Source of the DNA: Candidatus Undinarchaeota archaeon
GTDB lineage: Archaea; SpSt-1190; JASMDC01
Direction of reading: 5' to 3'
Assembly (NCBI GenBank): GCA_964519305.1
Contig: CAZFHY010000020.1
Coordinates: forward strand, 1-21,732
Length of the DNA: 21,732 nt
In this document: in pieces, positions 1 to 9,190 of the stretch
Layout: every line of letters starts with the position of its first letter
Position numbering within the stretch: position 1 is the stretch's first letter
Notes under the pieces: generated by a model
What the model saw: only the letters and a program-made list of their open reading frames with translations
What the model was told of the DNA's origin: nothing
The model's database searches: none
Translations under genes and position numbers: made by a program

Positions 1-132
1 ATCAGAAATCGCTTTTATCATGAATCGAATCGTGAAATGTCAAACCCGGGCTGGCCCTGAAATATAAAAAGAACCTGAGGTTATTAATAGCATTACGGTC
101 TTATCGTTAATGCGAGAATAGGTGGTCTTTCG

Positions 133-759
133 ATGAAGCGCGCTCATCGTTTTAACAGGAACACAAAAGGTCAGGCAGGACCCATCCTTCTGGTACTCGG
201 ACTTGTCATCGGCCTCATGGTGGTATCGTTCGTCGGGAAATATATCAAGGATACTGCCGGTCAGGCCATGACAAAGGGCAAGCAGGAGAGCGATCAGCTC
301 CACAAGGTCATTTCCGGACGACTGGAGATATCATCGATCTACCCGACCGAGGATGTTCTGAAGAATGGATTCTGCGGTACGGCTGCGAACAATCTGTGCG
401 AGCTCACAACCACGAGCCCCAACGCCGCCAAGCTCGTGCTCCAGATCAAGAACTCGGGCGACAACACCATCCGCGCCTCACAACTCTGGGGAATGCGCCT
501 GTACGTCAACGAAGCTCCCCTAGCGAACGCCACTGACTGGGGCATCACGAAGGGCTTCAACACACCCTGGAATCCCAAGGACACAAAGACCGTCGCCATG
601 AACATCGACTGTGCAAAGCTCGCGGAACGACCTGACGGCCTCATGAGCATCAGGATCATGCCATCGGTGGGAAGCCTCGCGACGGCAGACATCACCTGCG
701 AAGCTTGTTGCCAGCGTCAGTCCAGCCACCACGCTGAGTGCCTAGAACTCTGTAAGTAG
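133..759 (+). CDS. Archaeal type IV pilin/archaellin-like protein with class III signal peptide (FlaG/FlaF-like beta domain)
   Basis: Basic N-terminus ending KG|QAG, followed by the hydrophobic helix PILLVLGLVIGLMVVSFVG. LQIKNSG and WNPKDTKTV resemble the kNtG and W-P-GE motifs of archaeal pilin/FlaG-like domains. Cys/His-rich C-terminus. Confidence 0.7.
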   Translation: MKRAHRFNRNTKGQAGPILLVLGLVIGLMVVSFVGKYIKDTAGQAMTKGKQESDQLHKVISGRLEISSIYPTEDVLKNGFCGTAANNLCELTTTSPNAAKLVLQIKNSGDNTIRASQLWGMRLYVNEAPLANATDWGITKGFNTPWNPKDTKTVAMNIDCAKLAERPDGLMSIRIMPSVGSLATADITCEACCQRQSSHHAECLELCK

Positions 760-770
760 GTAGTCGATCC

Positions 771-1652
771 TCACGAGGGTGTCTCGAATGACAGCACCGC
801 CCGTAGGAACTCCTCTCTGCTCGCGCCCCAGTGGAGCACGTTCCCTTGAACATCATCGATGACCACTGGCCCCGTCCTCGAGGTGCGGCAGCATCGAGTG
901 ATGAACGGACCATCAGGATCGGAAAGCCGTTCATGTGGACAGATTGTCACGGTCCTGACGTCCTTGGCTCCGAACGTTTCGAGGATGTCCCTGCCGAGAA
1001 CGCACCCGAAGGCGACAGTATCACGGGGTGGGAGCGAGGCGACGGTCTCCCTGTCGCACTGGTCGAAGAAAAGGACACTGCGTCCGTGGAGCTCTAACTG
1101 GTCCGCTGCAACGGAGCAGGGGAGTACGACCGTGCCCTCGGAGGCTTTCAGTGCCTCATCGGCCAGGTCACACAGGTGGAGCTCGAACTGCACTGGGAGC
1201 AAGTGCTCAGTCTCTTTGATGAAGCGGATGAGCCGGGTGGGCTCGGGGGGAATTATGTCGTACACGTGGATTACCGAGAGCGAGGTGCGCAGGTCCACGA
1301 ACATCACATGGTCCGTACGGCCGAATAGCACAGTCACAGGGGCGCCCGAGCCATCGACGGCAGCCAGCACGTGAAAGGCATCGTGCACCTCCACATCCGC
1401 TGTCACGACAGCCGTGTCGTCCCATCCGGCCAGGCACGTCACCCGCTCGACGGGTTGAAGGGTGCCATCGGCACCAGCCTCACGCACAAGCTGGAACACG
1501 CACGCCCGTTCGCGGCCCTCGGTCGTGACGACGACGAAGTCGGTGCGGAAGAACGCCAGGTCGGCGGAGAGCCTATCGGCCAGTTCGTCCTCAGGAAGGG
1601 ATTGTGGGACGGTCTTGTGGGCCACATGCTTGCAGTGCGTTGGGATGTACAC
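771..1652 (-). CDS. Conserved archaeal hypothetical protein with scattered Cys motifs (resembles DUF7714-type proteins)
   Basis: Long ORF with motifs IP-x-HCK-x-V, LPC, FGC, ICP, RCC and VLHWGA. The start is uncertain (GTG 1652, GTG 1661 or ATG 1706); the 1844 start overlaps the TPR gene and is unlikely. The family name is from recall only. Confidence 0.6.
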   Translation of the reverse strand: MYIPTHCKHVAHKTVPQSLPEDELADRLSADLAFFRTDFVVVTTEGRERACVFQLVREAGADGTLQPVERVTCLAGWDDTAVVTADVEVHDAFHVLAAVDGSGAPVTVLFGRTDHVMFVDLRTSLSVIHVYDIIPPEPTRLIRFIKETEHLLPVQFELHLCDLADEALKASEGTVVLPCSVAADQLELHGRSVLFFDQCDRETVASLPPRDTVAFGCVLGRDILETFGAKDVRTVTICPHERLSDPDGPFITRCCRTSRTGPVVIDDVQGNVLHWGASREEFLRAVLSFETPS

Positions 1653-1758
1653 GATGTCCACCCCGCCGGGACCGGCGGACGGTGGTTGAGAAGGGGGAAC
1701 AGACATAAATCTTGGCCCCTTCGAAGGAGCCATGGGCCAGGCAGGAGGTGGCTGAGGA

Positions 1759-2841
1759 ATGGCTGGTGAGCCCGAGACCGTCGAGGGGTGGATGCATCTC
1801 GGGAACGATGTGAGGGAGCATGGTGACCTGCGTCGGGCCATCATGTGCTACGTTAAGGCCGTCGAGATGGAACCTAACAACGTGAACATCCATAACATCC
1901 TCGCCCTGGCCTTCCTCGAGGACGGTGCCATCGACCAGGCCGCTAAGGCGTTCAATAACGTGCTCAAGCTCGATCCCGAGAACGTGATGGCCCTCACCAA
2001 CCTCGGCGTCGTGCTCCACCGGATGGGGCGAGTTGATGAGGCCATTGAGGCCTTTGCTAAAGCATTGAAGGCGGAGCCGGGACATGCCGAGGCCCTCAAC
2101 AACCTAGCGGTCATAATTGCTGACAAGGGCGACATCGACAAGGCCATCGACATGCTCAAGGGGGCTGTCAAATCGGATCCCAAGTACGTCGAGGGGTGGT
2201 ACAATCTCGCCGTGTTCCTCGAGCGCAAGAGTGCGCTGCAGGATGCGGAACAAGCAGCACGGAAGGCAATCTCGCTGGACCACGACCATGTCAAGGCGCA
2301 ATACATCCTCGGCGTCGTGCTCTCCGATATGGGGAGGACCGATCCTGCTATCGAGGCGTTCACCCAGGTTCTCAAGCTGGCCCCGGAAATGGGTAGGGCC
2401 TGGTACAAGCTGGGTATCCTGCAGTCGCGCAGAGAACGACACGAAGAGGCGATCGGATGCTACGACAGGGCCCTCAGGTACGACCCGAACGACGCGGACG
2501 CCTGGCTCAACCTGGGAGCGGCCTATCACCTGAACCATCTCTACGATAAAGCGATCGACTCCTATATCAAGGCGATCAACCTAAGACCCGACCTTCACGA
2601 GGCCTGGTTCAACAAGGGCACCGCCTACCTCACGAAGGGTCATGAGGACAAGGCCATCGAGGACTTCAAGCGAGCGCTCTCGATCAAGCCCGACTATGTG
2701 GACGCCCTGGTCAATCTGGGGGTCGTTCTGCGCAGGCGTGGCAACATCGACCAGGCACGTGCCCTATTCCTCAAGGCGCTGGACATCCAGCCCGATAACG
2801 AGCAGGCCAACCGCAACATCATGGAGCTGGAGGGATCCTGA
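1759..2841 (+). CDS. Tetratricopeptide repeat protein (~10 TPRs)
   Basis: Regular 34-aa repeats (A-x-x-N-L-G ... A-x-x-x-F/Y-x-x-A-L-x-x-x-P) along the whole 360-aa ORF. Confidence 0.95.
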   Translation: MAGEPETVEGWMHLGNDVREHGDLRRAIMCYVKAVEMEPNNVNIHNILALAFLEDGAIDQAAKAFNNVLKLDPENVMALTNLGVVLHRMGRVDEAIEAFAKALKAEPGHAEALNNLAVIIADKGDIDKAIDMLKGAVKSDPKYVEGWYNLAVFLERKSALQDAEQAARKAISLDHDHVKAQYILGVVLSDMGRTDPAIEAFTQVLKLAPEMGRAWYKLGILQSRRERHEEAIGCYDRALRYDPNDADAWLNLGAAYHLNHLYDKAIDSYIKAINLRPDLHEAWFNKGTAYLTKGHEDKAIEDFKRALSIKPDYVDALVNLGVVLRRRGNIDQARALFLKALDIQPDNEQANRNIMELEGS

Positions 2842-2870
2842 CCATCGCTAGAGAGTATCCCCTGTACGGG

Positions 2871-3506
2871 GTGGCCCTCCTGGATATGGATGGCACCCTC
2901 ATGGATTCGGGGGAGGCACATTTCGTCTCCTGGAAGGCGGCGTTCGAGGCCAACGGTCATCCATTCACCCACGAGCAATGGAACGTTCTGTTCGGAAGGA
3001 CAGCGAACGACTTCTTCGATCTGGTGATGCCCGGCTCCTCATCCGCTGAGCGTGCGGCCATATTGGATGAAAAGCGCCGCCTATTCCTTGGTGATGCGGT
3101 ACGGAGTGTGCAGCTCTGTCCGGGAGTAAGAGAGCTGTTCGCTGTGTTCGCAGAACAGCATATCGCACCATATATAGTATCATCGTCCTCCAAGGCCAAT
3201 GTCGAGGCCATGCTGCATATGCACGGATTCGACCTGCCCTCGGTGCACGCCGCCGACGTCGAGCGGGGGAAGCCTGCTCCGGACATTTTCCTGCTTGCTC
3301 TGGAGCGAGCTCGTAACGATGGTAACACGGGACGCGCGCTAGTACTGGAGGACTCGCCTTCGGGTGTCCGCGCAGGTGTGGCCGCCGGAATCGACACATA
3401 TGGTGTGCTCACCGGTGGGTTCCATGAGAAGGAGCTCGTGGCGGCCGGCGCCCGGAAAGTGTTCCCGGACGCCGACGGCCTTGCGCGGGCCCTGCGCGAG
3501 GGATGA
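2871..3506 (+). CDS. HAD-superfamily phosphatase (beta-PGM/CbbY-like)
   Basis: Motif I DMDGTL, motif II VSSS, motif III GKPAPDIF, motif IV LEDSPSG. Lies 29 nt downstream of the TPR gene; start uncertain. Confidence 0.9.
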   Translation: MALLDMDGTLMDSGEAHFVSWKAAFEANGHPFTHEQWNVLFGRTANDFFDLVMPGSSSAERAAILDEKRRLFLGDAVRSVQLCPGVRELFAVFAEQHIAPYIVSSSSKANVEAMLHMHGFDLPSVHAADVERGKPAPDIFLLALERARNDGNTGRALVLEDSPSGVRAGVAAGIDTYGVLTGGFHEKELVAAGARKVFPDADGLARALREG

Positions 3507-3509
3507 GTC

Positions 3510-4322
3510 TCACTCGTCCTCTTCGGCCATCTCCTCGAGCTTTTCGAAGATGATCCGGCGACGTCGGGTCAGGAGCAGGGAGTAGCCCATGGCCACGCAT
3601 CCGATCGCCAGTAGGACCGGACCGAGGATGCCGCTCCTGCGAGAGGCACTGGCCGTCAGGTCAGGCGGGGCACTCCGTTCCTCCTTCGCCTTCGCGACGA
3701 AGCTCTCCTCTTCGACGGCCGCTCCCTTATCGGTCTCGACGGCCATGTCTTCGCTGACAGCAGCGGCACGAGGTGCTCCGGCGGCCATCATCGTAGGCTG
3801 TGGAGCGGGCATATCGGCATCGGCCAGTTCCGGTCCCGGTATTCGCTCGACCGGTGGCTCTTCTCCAAGGGTCGTACCGCCACCACCCCCGGTCATGATC
3901 TGACGGTCCTCGCGCGGTGCTTCTTGCACCGTCTTTATGCGCGCGGGCTCCACCGCCCGGTCCATCGGCATGACGCCCTCGAAGGCAGGGCCGAAGGGAG
4001 CGATGAGGTTCTGGATCCCCCCTGCCATCACCAGGAAACCGATGAGGAACACGACCGATACATCGCTTATGAACGGTAGTAGGATGCGCGATCCTTCATT
4101 TGATAGGGTGTAGAAAACGAATTTCCTACCTGGTTGCTTGTCCTTTTCCACTAATCCGACCCGCTCCAGGACCTGCAAGTGCTCCTTGACCGTTGTCACA
4201 TGCTTCCCGAGAGCGCGGGCGAGGTCCGACAGGATGATCCCGTGGTGGTCCTTGAGCGCATGTAGGATGTCCCTCCGGGTTCCGGATGACAGCGCCTTCA
4301 TCAATGATGCGTCAAGCCTCAT
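3510..4322 (-). CDS. Membrane-anchored ArsR/winged-HTH transcriptional regulator
   Basis: N-terminal KALSSGTRRDILHAL...LSDLARALG...TTVKEHLQVLERVGLV wHTH. Two hydrophobic segments flank a low-complexity linker. SD GAGGTGA on the minus strand upstream of the ATG. Confidence 0.85.
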   Translation of the reverse strand: MRLDASLMKALSSGTRRDILHALKDHHGIILSDLARALGKHVTTVKEHLQVLERVGLVEKDKQPGRKFVFYTLSNEGSRILLPFISDVSVVFLIGFLVMAGGIQNLIAPFGPAFEGVMPMDRAVEPARIKTVQEAPREDRQIMTGGGGGTTLGEEPPVERIPGPELADADMPAPQPTMMAAGAPRAAAVSEDMAVETDKGAAVEEESFVAKAKEERSAPPDLTASASRRSGILGPVLLAIGCVAMGYSLLLTRRRRIIFEKLEEMAEEDE

Positions 4323-4364
4323 CGTCCTTTTTCACCTCAGTAGGATACCGTGGTCGGGCAGGGA

Positions 4365-4562
4365 TCACTCTACGCCTGATCCCATCTCGCTTAGGTCCGT
4401 TGTATTGGATATCCTTTTTATCCTTGTACCTAAGGCGGGTGTCGCGACGTCGAGGAGCACGTGACAGGTGAGAAAGCAGCCGTAAGCGAGTGCTGCGTCG
4501 TCAGGAACATCATCATTGGCCGCAATGCGCTGAAGGAGCTCGATTGTAGCGTCCATTTCCAT
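4365..4562 (-). CDS. Small hypothetical protein; possible diverged paralog of the 12.35-12.67 kb microproteins
   Basis: TATA-like TTTTTAAG ~25 nt upstream, AAGGA before the ATG. The first 32 aa share M-x-M-D/E-x-T-h-E-L-h and LAY-x-x-h-L-T with the twin microproteins. Confidence 0.5.
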   Translation of the reverse strand: MEMDATIELLQRIAANDDVPDDAALAYGCFLTCHVLLDVATPALGTRIKRISNTTDLSEMGSGVE

Positions 4563-4667
4563 AGTTATCCTTTGTCTCTGGGAACTTAAAAAGCCCCAAA
4601 GGTTGGTTTGGTCACCGCCCTAGAAAACGTGTTCACTGGCGAGTGAGGATTCCTATACGATAATTAT

Positions 4668-5234
4668 CTATTCGGGACCGAGCACCTCGACCTTGATGTC
4701 GCTGGGATTCGGATTGCACCAGTGCCGGTCCGGGCACGCCGACAGGCCGACGGTCACATCACGCTCCGCACGCAGCACGACATAATCGCCCTTCTCTGCG
4801 GTCTTGTGGATCGTGAGCGCCATGTCCTCGTCCACGAACATGAAGAACGTGGCCGTGGGAGGGAGGGATGCCAGCGGGATGTCCAAGACACCAGAGAGCA
4901 TGTCGCGGCAGCCATCGAGCTCGCCCTCGTAAATTTTCGAGCGACAGCCGGGGAAGAGCAGGTCATGTGGCGCCTCAGTGTGGTTCTCCACAAGAGTGAG
5001 CACCGCTTCGCCAGTCCCGTCGTAGAGCGCCATGTCCAGGTCCAGTGTTGACACGAGCTTCGGGAAATCGAACCTTTTCAGCCCGTTCAGGTCCCGACTG
5101 AGCGCCTGATTGAAGTCCTTGAAGCAGAGGTCGACAACCTGACCACCCTCGAGGGTGGTGATCCTCAGCCGCTGACCCTTGGTAAGCTTGAATGCACGGG
5201 TCGTACCGTGCGCCAGGACCACGTCCTCTCCCAT
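4668..5234 (-). CDS. DUF1989 / urea carboxylase-associated family protein
   Basis: KGQRLRITTLEGGQVVDL, HDLLFPGC, GC, KGDYVVLRAERDVTVGLSACP and CN motifs typical of DUF1989. Start 5234 chosen because TTTAAA lies ~25 nt upstream on the minus strand. Confidence 0.85.
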   Translation of the reverse strand: MGEDVVLAHGTTRAFKLTKGQRLRITTLEGGQVVDLCFKDFNQALSRDLNGLKRFDFPKLVSTLDLDMALYDGTGEAVLTLVENHTEAPHDLLFPGCRSKIYEGELDGCRDMLSGVLDIPLASLPPTATFFMFVDEDMALTIHKTAEKGDYVVLRAERDVTVGLSACPDRHWCNPNPSDIKVEVLGPE

Positions 5235-5335
5235 GGAGGGAGGCCCTCGGTTAATATTTTTAAATGCCACCTTTCGGCCGGCCTGAAAATAACATTGAAA
5301 AACCTTTTTCTTCTTCCGAGAACCGGAGAACTGAA

Positions 5336-5992
5336 ATGGGTGACGCGGACGATGGAAAAATCAGGGTGCGCGAGACCAGTACGGAGCCGGACACCCAAGA
5401 AGAACCGAGACCAGAAAAGGCTACACGGGACGGCAAATCCGACACACGCATCGAAGACTTGAGGAATAGCCTCGATGAGCAGGCGCGCGAAAGCAAAGAA
5501 CAGCTCGACCGGCTAGTTCGTGTCCAGGCCGACTTCGATAACTTCCGCAAGCGTGTCGAACGCGATCGGGAGGAGTCCGTCAAGACCGCTGCCGAGGGCC
5601 TCATACGCAGGATCCTCGATGTGGTCGACAATCTTGAGCGTGCGATCGAGCACATGCGGTCCGACGAGCGTGCGCATGAGCACACTCGTGGCGTGGAGAT
5701 GATCAAGGACCAGCTCTTTGGTGTGCTCACCGTAGAAGGCCTCAAGGAGATGGAGTGCCTCGAAGAACCTTTCAATCCACTCTACCATGAGGCCATAGCT
5801 CGTGAGACTGTAGAAGGTATCGATGCGGAGACTATCTCGGAGGTGTTCCAGAAGGGCTACATCCTCAAGGGCAGGGTCATCCGCCACGCTCGCGTCAAGG
5901 TATCCGTACCGGGGTCCTCAGGAGACGGGTCCGGTAAAGAGAAATCATCGACTAATCCTAACGAATCACAGAAGAAAGACAAGGAGGAATGA
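5336..5992 (+). CDS. grpE: Nucleotide exchange factor GrpE
   Basis: [25 protein letters not shown] and FQKGY...[10 protein letters not shown] motifs. Directly upstream of dnaK. ATG 5336 follows an AT-rich promoter region and GGAG. Confidence 0.95.
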   Translation: MGDADDGKIRVRETSTEPDTQEEPRPEKATRDGKSDTRIEDLRNSLDEQARESKEQLDRLVRVQADFDNFRKRVERDREESVKTAAEGLIRRILDVVDNLERAIEHMRSDERAHEHTRGVEMIKDQLFGVLTVEGLKEMECLEEPFNPLYHEAIARETVEGIDAETISEVFQKGYILKGRVIRHARVKVSVPGSSGDGSGKEKSSTNPNESQKKDKEE

Positions 5993-5994
5993 AC

Positions 5995-7839
5995 ATGGCT
6001 TCGGATAAAATCATAGGAATCGACCTCGGAACCACCTTCTCCGCTATGGCGGTGATGGAGGGCGGCAAGGCGACCATCATCCCCAACGCTGAAGGGGAGC
6101 GCACCACGGCCTCCGTGGTGGCGTTCACAAAGGATAAAGAGCGCCTGGTGGGGAGCATCGCCCGCCGACAGGCCATCGTGAATCCCGACCACACGGTGTA
6201 CTCGATCAAGCGTGAGATGGGCACTAAGCACACAGTGAAGATCGACGACAAGAAGTACACACCGCAGGAGATATCCGCAATCATCCTTCAGAAGCTCAAG
6301 AAGGATGCTGAGGCATATATCGGACAGCCCGTATCTCAAGTTGTACTCACCGTGCCTGCCTACTTCAACGACTCGCAGCGCCAAGCGACCAAGGACGCTG
6401 GCAAGATCGCCGGCCTAGAGGTCCTGCGCATCATCAACGAGCCAACAGCGGCCGCACTCGCATACGGTCTTGACAAGGAGGGCACTCAGACCGTGCTCAT
6501 CTTCGACCTGGGCGGTGGCACCTTCGATGTGTCGATCCTCGAGATCGGTGACGAGCTCTACGAGGTCAAGGCCACGAGCGGCAACACACGTCTGGGCGGC
6601 GATGACTTCGATGAGCGCGTCATGAACTGGCTGGCCGACGAGTTCAAGAAGCAGGAGGGTATCGACCTGCGCAAGGACAAGCAGGCCCTCCAGCGGCTCA
6701 AGGAAGCCGGGGAAAAGGCCAAGATCGAGCTGTCGAACGTCACGCAGACTACCGTGAACCTCCCGTTCATCACTGCTAATCAGGACGGCCCCAAGCACCT
6801 CAACATCACCCTCACCCGGGCGACGTTCGAGAAGCTCGTTGACGACCTCCTAGAGAAGACCATGGAGCCGATAAACGCTGCCCTCAAGGACGCGGAGATG
6901 ACCGAAAAGGACATCGACAAGATCCTGTTGGTAGGCGGTTCCACACGCATCCCCAAGGTGCAGGAGCTGATCAAGAAACGTCTGAAAAAGGATCCGTCCA
7001 AGGAGATCAATCCCGATGAGGTCGTCGCCATGGGCGCCGCTCTTCAGGGAGGAGTTCTCTCTGGCGATGTCAAGGACATAGTCCTTCTCGACGTCTCACC
7101 GCTCACCCTGGGTATCGAGACGCTAGGGGGTGTCCGGACACCGCTCATCGAGCGTAACACCACCATCCCCGTCACCAAGTCGGAGATCTTCTCCACGGCG
7201 GCAGACAACCAGACCAGTGTGGAGATCCACGTGCTCCAGGGAGAGCGCCCCATGGCGGGTGATAATATGACATTGGGCAAGTTCCACCTCGTAGGCATTC
7301 CGCCCGCACCCAGGGGTATGCCTCAGATCGAGGTCACCTTCGATATTGACGCCAACGGTATCGTCAACGTCTCTGCCAAGGACCTGGGGACTGGTCGGGA
7401 GCAGAAGATCACGATCACTGCCTCGACGAACCTTTCCAAAGATGAGGTGGACAACATGGTGTCCGAGTCCAAGGAATACGCGTCCCAGGACCAGGAGCGT
7501 AAGGAGAAGGTCGACCTTATCAACGAGTGCGACTCCCTCGGATACTCCATGGAGAAGACCCTCACTGATCTAGGTGACAAGGTGGACGCGGCCAAGAAGG
7601 AATCGGTAACTAAGGTCATCGAGGAACTGCGTCAGGCCGTCAAGGACGAGGACGTGGCCAAGATGAAGGAGCTGAAGGACAAGCTGATGCAGGAAATGCA
7701 TCAGATCTCGTCTGAGCTCTATCAGCAGGGAGCACCGGGCGCCGGCGCCCCCCCTCCGCCCGGAGGCGATCCGGGGGCCTACGGCAACAACGTCAATCCC
7801 GACGATGTTGTGGACGCCGACTACGAGGTAAAGGACTAG
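5995..7839 (+). CDS. dnaK: Molecular chaperone DnaK (Hsp70)
   Basis: [44 protein letters not shown] and [19 protein letters not shown] at 5982-5987 favours ATG 5995; ATG 5989 overlapping the grpE stop is an alternative. Confidence 0.99.
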   Translation: MASDKIIGIDLGTTFSAMAVMEGGKATIIPNAEGERTTASVVAFTKDKERLVGSIARRQAIVNPDHTVYSIKREMGTKHTVKIDDKKYTPQEISAIILQKLKKDAEAYIGQPVSQVVLTVPAYFNDSQRQATKDAGKIAGLEVLRIINEPTAAALAYGLDKEGTQTVLIFDLGGGTFDVSILEIGDELYEVKATSGNTRLGGDDFDERVMNWLADEFKKQEGIDLRKDKQALQRLKEAGEKAKIELSNVTQTTVNLPFITANQDGPKHLNITLTRATFEKLVDDLLEKTMEPINAALKDAEMTEKDIDKILLVGGSTRIPKVQELIKKRLKKDPSKEINPDEVVAMGAALQGGVLSGDVKDIVLLDVSPLTLGIETLGGVRTPLIERNTTIPVTKSEIFSTAADNQTSVEIHVLQGERPMAGDNMTLGKFHLVGIPPAPRGMPQIEVTFDIDANGIVNVSAKDLGTGREQKITITASTNLSKDEVDNMVSESKEYASQDQERKEKVDLINECDSLGYSMEKTLTDLGDKVDAAKKESVTKVIEELRQAVKDEDVAKMKELKDKLMQEMHQISSELYQQGAPGAGAPPPPGGDPGAYGNNVNPDDVVDADYEVKD

Positions 7840-7863
7840 GTCCGTCCCCCTGTGGGGCGGCCC
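7839..7863 (+). terminator. GC-rich intercistronic hairpin between dnaK and dnaJ
   Basis: CCGTCCC...GGGGCGG stem (one G-U pair) immediately after the dnaK stop. Function is inferred. Confidence 0.35.
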
Positions 7864-7882
7864 GGGAACCATGTGAACGGAC

Positions 7883-9112
7883 GTGGCCAAAAAGAACAAG
7901 CGGGACTATTATGAGGTGCTGGGCGTCCCACGCTCAGCCTCCAAAGAGGAGATCAAGAAGTCGTTCCGCCAGCTCGCCCGCAAGCATCACCCGGATGTGA
8001 ACCCTGAGGATCCGGAGGGTGCTGCCGAGCGGTTCAAGGAAGTGCGTGAGGCCTACGAGGTGCTCTCCAAGGACGAGAAGCGTGCCAGGTACGACAGGTT
8101 CGGGCATGCCGGTGTCGGCGGCCGCAGTGGTGCGGGAGGATTCGACTTCGGCGGGTTCGAGGACATCTTCGCTGGTTTCGGGGACATATTCAACGTGGGA
8201 GGGTTCGGTGGACGACGACGTCCGACCGGTCCCGTACGTGGGAACGACCTGAGGTACGACCTGGAGGTCACCTTCGAGGAGGCCGCGGCAGGGCTCGAGA
8301 CGACCATCCACGTACCCCGTCACAAAGAGTGCACTACCTGCAACGGTACTGGTGCAAAGCCAGGCACCGAGAAGCGTCGATGCACGCAATGCAATGGCAC
8401 GGGTAAGGTGGAGAACCGCCGACAGGCAGGATTCACGACTTTCGTGTCCGTTTCGGCCTGCCCGACCTGTCGTGGGGCCGGTGAGGTCGTTGACGATCCG
8501 TGCACCGAATGTGGGGGCGACGGCACCGTACAGGTAAAAGAGACAATCGATATCAAGATACCTCCCGGTGTGGACACAGGTTCGCACCTCCGGGTGCCGG
8601 GTCGTGGTGAGGCAGGTCATCGAGGGGGGCCCACCGGCGACCTCTACGTTGTAATCCACATCCGCGCCCACGACTTCTTCCAGCGGGACGGTTTTGATAT
8701 CTACTGTTCGATCCCCATCACGTTCGCTCTGGCGTCCCTTGGAGGGGAGACTCGGGTCCCCACCCTGGACGGGGACGCTATCATCAAGGTCCCGGCCGGA
8801 ACACAGAGCGGTCAGGTATTCTCCATGAAGGGAAAGGGCTTCCCACACCTACGCGGGGGTGGGCGGGGTGACCAGTACGTAAAAGTAGGTGTCACAGTAC
8901 CTCAGAAGATTTCCCCCACCCAGCGTCGCAAGCTCCGCCAGTTCGCGGCCTCTATGGGATGGGAGGCAGATGGCGTGATCTCCGAGGACGGGCTCGATGA
9001 TGCAGTTCGTATCGAGGCCGAACCGACCGATGGCGAGAGGAAGGGTTTCTTCGAACGGATCTTCGGCGGTTGGGGCGGCGGAGCGGACGAGAGATCGGAC
9101 GAAACGGCCTAA
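7883..9112 (+). CDS. dnaJ: Molecular chaperone DnaJ
   Basis: J domain with HPD, G/F-rich region, four CxxCxGxG zinc motifs, and GDLYV and GDQYV C-terminal domains. GTG start. Confidence 0.98.
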   Translation: MAKKNKRDYYEVLGVPRSASKEEIKKSFRQLARKHHPDVNPEDPEGAAERFKEVREAYEVLSKDEKRARYDRFGHAGVGGRSGAGGFDFGGFEDIFAGFGDIFNVGGFGGRRRPTGPVRGNDLRYDLEVTFEEAAAGLETTIHVPRHKECTTCNGTGAKPGTEKRRCTQCNGTGKVENRRQAGFTTFVSVSACPTCRGAGEVVDDPCTECGGDGTVQVKETIDIKIPPGVDTGSHLRVPGRGEAGHRGGPTGDLYVVIHIRAHDFFQRDGFDIYCSIPITFALASLGGETRVPTLDGDAIIKVPAGTQSGQVFSMKGKGFPHLRGGGRGDQYVKVGVTVPQKISPTQRRKLRQFAASMGWEADGVISEDGLDDAVRIEAEPTDGERKGFFERIFGGWGGGADERSDETA

Positions 9113-9190
9113 TAGAACTCCTTGGGGCGCCGTTCTGCGCACAATCCTACCACTTATGGTACGAAGTGTCAGCGAACCGGAAGTGACGGA

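Noticed and set aside
5235-5335. CIRCE/HrcA operator upstream of grpE
   Set aside because: There is no TTAGCACTC-N9-GAGTGCTAA match and no hrcA gene in the window.
7934-8848. 304-aa antisense ORF within dnaJ, and similar shadow ORFs over dnaK, TPR, the phosphoesterase, the subtilase and the FG-GAP gene
   Set aside because: Expected stop-poor antisense frames in high-GC coding DNA, with no recognisable motifs.
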